Positions 16,448 through 23,479 of a stretch of 33,200 nt of DNA are shown in pieces (position 1 is the first letter of the stretch; every line of letters starts with the position of its first letter). The notes beneath the pieces are model-generated. The model searched no databases. It had not been told where the DNA came from and saw only the letters and a program-made list of their open reading frames with translations. The stretch comes from Pseudomonadota bacterium. Its GTDB lineage: Bacteria > Pseudomonadota > Gammaproteobacteria > Burkholderiales > Eutrophovitaceae. The stretch is from positions 7,429-40,628 of the forward strand of contig PAHB01000116.1 in the NCBI GenBank assembly GCA_002704665.1, in the 5' to 3' direction. A program made the position numbers and the translations under genes.

Positions 16448-16468
16448 TTATCCACACCCTGTGGATAA
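16448..16468. promoter_or_regulatory. Perfect 21-bp palindrome TTATCCACA-ccc-TGTGGATAA (two DnaA-box consensus 9-mers, inverted)
   Basis: Read directly. Each arm equals the E. coli-type DnaA R-box consensus TTATCCACA. Located between the int stop and the alpA start. Confidence 0.6.
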
Positions 16469-16533
16469 CCCAGTAATTGAGGTTATTTATAAAAAAAACT
16501 TTATTGGTGAGAGTAGTTAGAATAACTTAACGC

Positions 16534-17742
16534 TTAGATTACTAAGGTTTGAATTGAGTGTAATGAAGATTGGTAAACTCGTATCTGATCAAGACTATCC
16601 GCCCATGCTTGCATCATCTCACGTCGGCGCGCTAAGTATTCGGCATGATTATAAACGGCACGAGTAGAGTTACCTTCAACGTGTGCGAGTTGTCGTTCAA
16701 TGACATCACCTTCCCATCCCGCTTCATTCAATCGTGTCGATGCCATGGCCCTAAATCCGTGTGCGGTAAATTCTTCACTCGCAAAGCCTAAGCGTCGAAT
16801 CGCTTTACCAAAAGTATTTTCACTAACTGGTTGATGACGCTTCTTGATACCTGGAAATAATAATGATGTATGATTGACGCGTGGCACGGCGTGTAAAATA
16901 GTGATCGTCTGATGGGCCAGTGGCACGAGATGAGGACGACGCATTTTCATGCGCTCAGCTGGGATACGCCACACGCGCTCGGTCCAATCAAATTCTTCCC
17001 AGCGTGCTTGACGTAACTCCCCTGGTCGCACAAACGTGAGTGCGAGTAACTGTAACGCGGCACGCGTAGGAATAGATGCGTAACTGTCGATCGCAAGGAG
17101 TAGATCACGAATGCGATAGGGTTCGAGTATCGTTGCAAAGTGACGAGTCGGCTTCGGGGTGAGTGCTCCTTTAATGTCTGGACTTGGATCGCGCGTTGCC
17201 CAACCGTTAGCTACCGCATAACGCATGACTTGACCACAGTATTGACGCAGCTTGTGCGCGACTTCAAGATGACCTCGTTGCTCGGCTTGACGACACACAC
17301 GTAAAATATCAAGAGGAGTAATAGCATCACACGCAATGTCACCTAGAATCGCATAGGCATAGCGTTGTAGTCTCGAGCGCAATTGTCTTTGATGTTTTAC
17401 AGTCCAGTCAGAGGCTTGTCGTTTCATCCACTCTTCAGCTGCTTCCTTGAACGTTGGCGTTCCACGCGCCTCTAGCTTCGCCGCTTTTCGTTTAGCTCCT
17501 GGATCGATATCACTATAGAGTTCACGCTGCATCGATTCATGGATCGATCGCGCCTCACGTAGCGAGATACGGGGATAGGTACCTAGTGCGATCGTTTTAC
17601 GTTTGTGACGGAAACGATAATCGTAACGCCAGTAGCGCCCACCGTTTGGATGAATCAAACAATACAATCCTTTTGCGTCATAGAGCTTATAAGGTTTAGC
17701 GCGCGTATCAGCTTGCTTGATGATGAGGTTCGTTAAGGGCAT
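16534..17742 (-). CDS. int: Tyrosine site-specific integrase, P4/CP4-57 type (DUF4102 arm-binding N-terminus)
   Basis: N-terminal YKLYDAKGLYCLIHPNGGRYWRYDYRF...KTIALGTYP. Catalytic region AHGFRAMASTRLNE ... IERQLAHVEGNSTRAVYNHAEY (H-x-x-R, His and Tyr). Adjacent to the tRNA 3' end. Confidence 0.95.
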   Translation of the reverse strand: MPLTNLIIKQADTRAKPYKLYDAKGLYCLIHPNGGRYWRYDYRFRHKRKTIALGTYPRISLREARSIHESMQRELYSDIDPGAKRKAAKLEARGTPTFKEAAEEWMKRQASDWTVKHQRQLRSRLQRYAYAILGDIACDAITPLDILRVCRQAEQRGHLEVAHKLRQYCGQVMRYAVANGWATRDPSPDIKGALTPKPTRHFATILEPYRIRDLLLAIDSYASIPTRAALQLLALTFVRPGELRQARWEEFDWTERVWRIPAERMKMRRPHLVPLAHQTITILHAVPRVNHTSLLFPGIKKRHQPVSENTFGKAIRRLGFASEEFTAHGFRAMASTRLNEAGWEGDVIERQLAHVEGNSTRAVYNHAEYLARRREMMQAWADSLDQIRVYQSSLHSIQTLVI

Positions 17743-17750
17743 GTTGTCGT

Positions 17751-17780
17751 TTCACTTTACTTCACTTCACTTCACTTCCT
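17751..17780. repeat. Pentanucleotide tandem repeat (TTCAC)n, six units with two imperfect, 9 nt upstream of the int start codon
   Basis: ttcac tttac ttcac ttcac ttcac ttcct, read directly. Confidence 0.8.
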
Positions 17781-17826
17781 GTGGCTTATGCTATTGCTCC
17801 ATTGATGTCGCTCAATCTTGGGTAAA

Positions 17827-17850
17827 AATATACCGTCAAATATACCGTCA
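17827..17850. repeat. Perfect tandem 12-bp direct repeat AATATACCGTCA x2 (candidate arm-type recombinase/Xis site)
   Basis: Read directly; lies between int and the tRNA 3' end. A further pair of GATACTA 7-mers sits at 17881..17887 and 17891..17897. Confidence 0.7.
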
Positions 17851-17967
17851 GCTGATCGTCGTTGGTACTGGACGATAGTTGATACTATAAGATACTAAGT
17901 GCTTGATATCGTTGCAATAAGTTTGTTTTATTGGATAAAGCTGGATGGTGCTGGAATGGGGTAAATG

Positions 17968-18041
17968 CGCCCTGAGCAGGATTCGAACCTGCGACTTCAC
18001 CCTTAGGAGGGGTGCGCTCTATCCAGCTGAGCTACCAGGGC
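17968..18041 (-). tRNA. tRNA-Arg (anticodon CCU)
   Basis: Minus-strand sequence GCCCTGGTAGCTCAGCTGGATAGAGCGCACCCCTCCTAAGGGTGAAGTCGCAGGTTCGAATCCTGCTCAGGGCG folds as a cloverleaf: 7-bp acceptor stem with one G-U, D arm GCTC/GAGC, anticodon stem CACCC/GGGTG with loop CTCCTAA, T arm GCAGG-TTCGAAT-CCTGC. CCA is not fully encoded. Confidence 0.85.
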
Positions 18042-18045
18042 AAAA

Positions 18046-19710
18046 TTAATTTTTTTTCATCTTACCCCAGGAGTCTCTCAGAGTAATCGTTCTATTGTAG
18101 ACCAAACAATCTGAGCCAATGGTTTGATTTTCGACAGTAAAATATCCTAAACGCTCAAACTGTACAGTTTGGGAAACGAATTCTAATAAATTGGTTTCAC
18201 CAATTGCATTTGCCATCTCAACTAAACTAGTGGGATTTAATGCCGTTAAAAAATCATTTTCTCTATTAGGCTCTGCCACACTGAATAGTCTATCAATTAA
18301 ATTAACCTTAAGTTTCATGTTTTCCGATGCTGAGACCCAATGAATAATTCCTTTAATTTTTTGACCCTCTGGATTGACTCCATTAAGAGTTTTAGGAATA
18401 TAATTACAATAAATAGTATTAATATTTCCATTTTGATCTTTGTCGATTCTGGTGCAGGTAATAACGAACCCGTATCTTAACCGGACACTCTTCCCAACAC
18501 TTAATCTAAAAAATTTCTTCGGTGGGTTTTCTTCGAAGTCTGTGGACTCAATAAATATTTCCTTAGTTAATTTAAGTTTTCGGGTCCCAAAGGTTTTATC
18601 TTTAGGGTGATTCTGCGCTTCGATGCTTATTTCCTCATTTTCCGGCAGATTCTCTATTATGACTTTAACTGGATCAAGTACGGCCATAAGTCTTGGTGCT
18701 TTTTTATCGAACTCATCTCGGGCGCAGGTTTCGAGTAAACTAACATCAATCAAGGCATCTTTTTTTGTCACCCCGACCAGTTTGCAAAATCTTTCCAATA
18801 TAGTTGGCGTAATTCCCCTCTTTTTTAATCCTTTTAAGGTAGGTAATCGAGGATCGTCCCAACCGTTCACTTTTTTTTCAGTGACAAGAGTGTGTAATTT
18901 TCTTTTACTGGTAATTGTGAAGCTTAAATCTAATCTCGCAAACTCTATTTGCTTAGGTTTACAATTAAGGTCGATATTTTCAATTACCCAATTATAAAGT
19001 GGTCGATGGTCTTCAAATTCCAAGGTACAAATTGAATGAGTTACATTTTCAATAGCATCTGACAGGCATTGGGTAAAGTCATACATAGGAAATATATTCC
19101 ATTTATCCCCTGTTCTATAATGGGTTATTTTTCTGATTCTATAAATTGTCGGATCTCTCATATTCAGATTTGGAGAACTCATGTCTATTTTGGCTCTCAG
19201 TACATGTTCTCCCTCGTTGAAGTCGCCATTTCTCATTTGTTGGAATAGCTGGATATTGGTTTCCTTGTCTCGATTGCGAAAAGGGCTATTTATTCCGGGT
19301 TTGGTTAGTGTGCCTCTTTGCAACTTTATAGTTTCCTGATCTTGGCTGTCGACATAAGCTAACTCTTTGTTGATTAGTTCGTGGGCAAATTCATAGAGTT
19401 TTTCAAAATAGTCAGAGGCGAATAAAGGATCCTTGTCTAAATTGAACCCAAGCCAAGCTACATCTGATTTAATAGAATCAACGAATTCTTGGTTTTCCGT
19501 CGAAGGATTTGTATCATCAAACCTAAGATTACAGCTTCCGTCGTATTCTTCTGCCAGGCCATAGTTGAGTAAAATAGATTTAGCATGCCCAATATGAAGA
19601 TAGCCATTCGGTTCTGGAGGAAATCTAAATTTTAGATTTTGCTGCCCGTTTTTTATATCATCGTCTATAATTTTTTGAATAAAATTCTTAGTTGGGATGT
19701 TTTCTGACAT
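18046..19710 (-). CDS. glnS: Glutamine--tRNA ligase
   Basis: Class I signature HIGH (PNGYLHIGHAK) and a KMSKS-like region (FTITSKRKL). Overall similarity to GlnRS (FRFPPEPNGYLHIGHAKS..., NLRFDDTNP). 554 aa. Confidence 0.95.
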   Translation of the reverse strand: MSENIPTKNFIQKIIDDDIKNGQQNLKFRFPPEPNGYLHIGHAKSILLNYGLAEEYDGSCNLRFDDTNPSTENQEFVDSIKSDVAWLGFNLDKDPLFASDYFEKLYEFAHELINKELAYVDSQDQETIKLQRGTLTKPGINSPFRNRDKETNIQLFQQMRNGDFNEGEHVLRAKIDMSSPNLNMRDPTIYRIRKITHYRTGDKWNIFPMYDFTQCLSDAIENVTHSICTLEFEDHRPLYNWVIENIDLNCKPKQIEFARLDLSFTITSKRKLHTLVTEKKVNGWDDPRLPTLKGLKKRGITPTILERFCKLVGVTKKDALIDVSLLETCARDEFDKKAPRLMAVLDPVKVIIENLPENEEISIEAQNHPKDKTFGTRKLKLTKEIFIESTDFEENPPKKFFRLSVGKSVRLRYGFVITCTRIDKDQNGNINTIYCNYIPKTLNGVNPEGQKIKGIIHWVSASENMKLKVNLIDRLFSVAEPNRENDFLTALNPTSLVEMANAIGETNLLEFVSQTVQFERLGYFTVENQTIGSDCLVYNRTITLRDSWGKMKKN

Positions 19711-19723
19711 TAAATTTTTCCAA

Positions 19724-20098
19724 TTAATTAATAAATAATCTTTTGTAAATCAGTGCTATCCAGACAAAGATAAGAAAAAAAATTGCAATGAAGACAGTAG
19801 ATGATGCTATGTCTTTTGTTCTTCCTGATAATTCATTTTGTTCCTTACCTACTCTGTCAGTTAACGTTTCAATAGCAGAATTAAATAACTCTGTAATTAA
19901 AAGTAAAGCTAAGGAGCCTATTAAAATAATATAATCGATTAAGTTTTGGCCTATAAAAAAGCTTAAAGGTAATAAAATAAAACAAATCACTGATTCTATT
20001 CTAAATGCTTCTTCATGTTGCCATGCCTTTTTAAATCCATTTATAGAGTAGCCCCAAGCGTTTTTAAGCCTGGGTAATCCTTTGATATTTGCTTTCAT
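19724..20098 (-). CDS. dgkA: Diacylglycerol kinase (DgkA family, small membrane kinase)
   Basis: MKANIKGLPRLKNAWGYSINGFKKAWQHEEAFRIE aligns with the E. coli DgkA N-terminus. Three hydrophobic helices. The ORF track begins at TTG 20116; ATG 20098 is more likely. Confidence 0.85.
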   Translation of the reverse strand: MKANIKGLPRLKNAWGYSINGFKKAWQHEEAFRIESVICFILLPLSFFIGQNLIDYIILIGSLALLLITELFNSAIETLTDRVGKEQNELSGRTKDIASSTVFIAIFFLIFVWIALIYKRLFIN

Positions 20099-20225
20099 CA
20101 AGTTATTAAGTACCAAGAAATAATCAAGAATAAAATTATAAATAAAAATGAGACGGGTGGATATATCTGCTAAGAAAACATTTATAAATTAATTCTTGCT
20201 TTTGACTTTAAAATTTCTTAAATTA

Positions 20226-20245
20226 TACTGTTTATAATAACAGTA
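20226..20245. promoter_or_regulatory. LexA (SOS) box TACTGTTTATAATAACAGTA overlapping a TATAAT-like -10
   Basis: Perfect CTGT-N8-ACAG palindrome 17 nt upstream of the lexA start. Confidence 0.85.
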
Positions 20246-20261
20246 TTATAGCAGGTGCTGA

Positions 20262-20876
20262 ATGGTTAAAGGTTTAACAAAAAGACAACTACAAATTTTA
20301 GACTTAATTCATACTTCTATAGATGAAAACGGTATGCCTCCTACGCGTTTAGAAATAGCCAATAACTTAGGCTTTAAGTCGCTGAATGCAGCCGAAGATC
20401 ATCTAAAAGCTCTGGAAAAAAAGGAATTCATTAAGCTTGTTCCTAATGTTTCAAGGGGCATTAAGGTCTTAAAAAAGACAAATAATAAAAATGTTGGATT
20501 ACCTATAGTAGGCCAAGTAGCTGCTGGCCAACCGATTTTAGCTATTGAACATGTAGAAAATCATATTTTGATCGATCCATTTTTATTTGAAAAAAAAGCA
20601 GACTATCTGCTCCGTGTTAAAGGAGAGAGTATGCTGAATTCGGGTATACGTGATGGTGATTTGTTAGTAGTTCATGCAACGAAAGTCGTTCGTAATAATC
20701 AAATAGTTGTTGCACGCCTTGATGATGAAGTAACAGTTAAGAGGTTTAAAAAAGCAGGTTCTAAAATATATTTGATTCCTGAAAATGATAATTTTGATCG
20801 GATAGAAGTCAACTCAAAATATGGAGAATTTATAATTGAAGGTCTCGGTATTGGGATTCTACGTTTGGATATTTAA
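20262..20876 (+). CDS. lexA: LexA repressor
   Basis: N-terminal winged HTH (LTKRQLQILDLI...PPTRLEIANNLGFKS). AG cleavage site in VAAGQPI. Ser/Lys dyad in GESM and VTVKRFKK. Confidence 0.95.
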   Translation: MVKGLTKRQLQILDLIHTSIDENGMPPTRLEIANNLGFKSLNAAEDHLKALEKKEFIKLVPNVSRGIKVLKKTNNKNVGLPIVGQVAAGQPILAIEHVENHILIDPFLFEKKADYLLRVKGESMLNSGIRDGDLLVVHATKVVRNNQIVVARLDDEVTVKRFKKAGSKIYLIPENDNFDRIEVNSKYGEFIIEGLGIGILRLDI

Positions 20877-20894
20877 TTTTTAGTAGATAGAATT

Positions 20895-21497
20895 ATGTTT
20901 TGCAACTTAAATACTAATATCCCAAATACTAGAAGCACTGGGTTGCTTCAGCTAGATAATGTGCTACCTGGAGAAGGCTGGCCTTGCGCAGGTTTAGTCG
21001 ACATAGTTTCTGTTAAATTTTTTGAAGGAGTAATGCCTTTTTTGATGCCCTTAATGTCAGAAGAAACTTATTTAAATAATAAACTAATTTTATTTGATCC
21101 TCCATACATACCGTACCACGAAAGTATTTCAAATAAAGGGATTAATTCTAGTAATATTATTATAGTTAAGCCTAGCAAATCGATTAAAAATCGTACAAGT
21201 GTTATTTATGACTTATTTAAGCAAGGACTTAATCTCAATGACTGTAATGTAGTCATGATGTGGACCAATAAATTACCTTTTCAAGTAAGTCGACAGTTTA
21301 ATTTAATAGCTCAGTTAAATAATACTTTAGCAATAATTATTCGAACTGATGAGCAATTTTATCAAGAAACAATTGCCAGTATTTTAAAAATAAAAATTGA
21401 ACTTATTTCTAAAAATATAGAGCAACAAAAAGTAAAGCTAGAGATTTTAAAATCTACTGTAGGTTTTACAAAAAAACACCATGTGATTTTAATATGA
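20895..21497 (+). CDS. imuA: ImuA (SulA/RecA-fold translesion synthesis-associated protein)
   Basis: TGLLQLDNVLPGEGWPCAGLVDI matches the ImuA hallmark LP-GGWP-G-L-E. Sits between lexA and imuB. Its stop overlaps the imuB start (ATGA). Confidence 0.7.
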   Translation: MFCNLNTNIPNTRSTGLLQLDNVLPGEGWPCAGLVDIVSVKFFEGVMPFLMPLMSEETYLNNKLILFDPPYIPYHESISNKGINSSNIIIVKPSKSIKNRTSVIYDLFKQGLNLNDCNVVMMWTNKLPFQVSRQFNLIAQLNNTLAIIIRTDEQFYQETIASILKIKIELISKNIEQQKVKLEILKSTVGFTKKHHVILI

Positions 21498-23038
21498 TAA
21501 AAAGTAATTTTAATCTCCCAGTTTCACAAAATGAGCAAGATGCTAATATTAATCTAATAACTTCCAAACTGACCAAATCTCTTTGGTGCTATGTCTATAT
21601 AGAGAATTTCTCTCTACAAGTAATGAGTGGCGATGGGTATCAAAAAAGACCGAGCGTTTTGTATGAATATGTAAATGGCGAGTCTATTATTACTCAATTA
21701 AATAGGAACGCTGCAAAAAAAGGTTTTTTTATTAGTATGACTCCGTCGATGGCTTATGGTTTGCCCATCGATTTATATGGTAGAGATAAAATACAAGAGC
21801 AGAAAATTAAAAAAAAAATTTTTAAAGATTTAAATAATTTCTCGCCAATCGTTATTGATGAATCAAGGGATGGAATATTAGTTGAAATAGGAGGTAGCAT
21901 AAAGCTATTTGGAGGGGGAGAAAAAATTTTTAATTTAATCAGCAAACGACTTGCGAAGTACAGATACTCTTTAAAAATAGCAATAGCTCCGACTCCTCGT
22001 GCAGCTTTGATTATTGGTAAATCAGAGCTAAATACTAATGTATGGGATATCAATAATTTAAATGCAACTGTTTCGGAGATTGATCTTAATTATCTGGGCT
22101 TACAAAAAAAAGATACAAAAAAATTCTTAGATTTAGGCGTAAAGACATTGGGCGATGTTTATAGATTGCCTAGAGTTGGTCTTCTTAAGAGATTTTCATC
22201 AGATGTTCTAAAAGTAATTGACCAATTGTATGGCAGGGTTTCCGACCTACCCCAAACAAGTGTAAATTATGATTTTTTTGCTAAATTAGTTAATGTTGAT
22301 CTTGCTGACAATACGTTTTCATTTGAAAACTGTATGCGCTCAATTTTATATGATTTGAATATTTTTTTAAAAAAAAGAACAGCCAAAACTAGAGCGTTAA
22401 AGTGGTTTTTTTTTTCAAAAAAATCATTAAAGAAAGTGGGCGTCAAATTAAATAGCGATGCTTCTGACCCTGAATTTTTATTGAATGAAACAAAAAAGAA
22501 AATAAAAAAAATGTTTCTGGATGAAATGCCAGATAAGATCGGCTTATATGTGAATGATATTAGACATTATTCGTTTCAAACAAGAGATTTGTTTTTATCA
22601 AAGAATAAAGAAGTTTCAAAAAGTAGTGATAAATATATCAATGATATTATTGAAAATTATGGTTCAAATATAGTATATCAAGTTTTAACAAAACCCTCGT
22701 GTGTTCCAGAAAGAACGTTTGATATTTATGATTCAAGTTGTGTTTCTTATAAAAATACTTTTGTTGGTAGAGTTTTTTTTAGTATAAAAGGGAAAAAGCA
22801 CAGGCCAACTTGGCTGCTCAAAAACCCTAAGCGATTAGCAGTAAAAAATGGGCATGTAGAATTTGAAGGTAGTCTGGAGATAATCTCTGATAGAGAAAGG
22901 CTTGTTAGCGGATGGTGGGATGGCGACGAGGTGGCACGTGATTATTTTATCGCAAAAAATAGTGATCATCGGTTATTTTGGATATTTAAGGATTTAAAAA
23001 ACCTAAAGAAATGGTATTTGCACGGTATTTTTGATTGA
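21494..23038 (+). CDS. imuB: ImuB (Y-family polymerase-like, catalytically inactive adaptor)
   Basis: LWCYVYIENFSLQV..., FSPIVIDESRDGILVEIGGSIKLFGG and IAIAPTPRAALIIGK match the ImuB pattern (LW..L..l.L, FSP.V, LDV.GS.RLFGG, A.APT..AA). Confidence 0.75.
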   Translation: MIKSNFNLPVSQNEQDANINLITSKLTKSLWCYVYIENFSLQVMSGDGYQKRPSVLYEYVNGESIITQLNRNAAKKGFFISMTPSMAYGLPIDLYGRDKIQEQKIKKKIFKDLNNFSPIVIDESRDGILVEIGGSIKLFGGGEKIFNLISKRLAKYRYSLKIAIAPTPRAALIIGKSELNTNVWDINNLNATVSEIDLNYLGLQKKDTKKFLDLGVKTLGDVYRLPRVGLLKRFSSDVLKVIDQLYGRVSDLPQTSVNYDFFAKLVNVDLADNTFSFENCMRSILYDLNIFLKKRTAKTRALKWFFFSKKSLKKVGVKLNSDASDPEFLLNETKKKIKKMFLDEMPDKIGLYVNDIRHYSFQTRDLFLSKNKEVSKSSDKYINDIIENYGSNIVYQVLTKPSCVPERTFDIYDSSCVSYKNTFVGRVFFSIKGKKHRPTWLLKNPKRLAVKNGHVEFEGSLEIISDRERLVSGWWDGDEVARDYFIAKNSDHRLFWIFKDLKNLKKWYLHGIFD

Positions 23039-23479
23039 GTGGATCCTGTAAATCGACTAGAAATAAAGAGCTTTTGGCCTTTATGGTGACGGCTCAATAT
23101 ACCATGCCGCTACTTTATTTTGGTTAAATTACGAAAAATGCAATTTGCTTTGAATTTGAAAATCATATAAAAAACAATAACTTAAAATATTTCTTATAAA
23201 TTAGGCGCTCATTTTCAAAGCTTGCACCGTGTCAGCAAGTTAAACTTTATATTAGACCTTGTGGATAAATTAAAGACTACTTCATAAATAAAGCCGCATT
23301 ATTTAAAATTTTCATTTTAAATAATATATTAACTTCGTAACTTAACCTTTGTTAAGAAGAAGCGAAAAGGTTATACTTACATACTTGTTAGGGTTAATTA
23401 TGCTTTTTAGTTGATTTATTGTGAGCATCAGCATAATTAAGAAAGGGGACAATTGGCAAATAATGTTATTTACATCTAG

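Larger units (their letters stand above)
1..17967. mobile_element. Genomic island (partial; left end not in window) integrated at the 3' end of tRNA-Arg(CCU)
   Basis: P4-type integrase and AlpA-like gene sit directly next to the tRNA 3' end. Cargo is defence/modification genes. Composition visibly differs from the backbone right of 18.0 kb. I found no second copy of the tRNA 3' segment by eye in the window. Confidence 0.6.

Noticed and set aside
18041-18046. The glnS stop codon lies only 4 nt from the tRNA-Arg 5' end, so the two may be co-transcribed.
   Set aside because: This is a plausible but ordinary arrangement (tRNA processed from an mRNA 3' region). Nothing in the sequence marks it as unusual beyond the tight spacing.
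23260-23268. Single perfect DnaA-box 9-mer TGTGGATAA in the imuB/acyl-AMP-ligase intergenic region.
   Set aside because: It is an isolated box with no cluster, AT-rich unwinding repeats or neighbouring dnaA/dnaN genes. One occurrence could be chance, so I do not call an origin or regulatory site.
23039-23479. Looked for a truncated dnaE2/imuC remnant or a small gene in the 441-bp gap after imuB.
   Set aside because: All frames are short and stop-rich. Nothing resembles the DnaE2 PHP-domain N-terminus, so I treat it as a promoter or spacer region.
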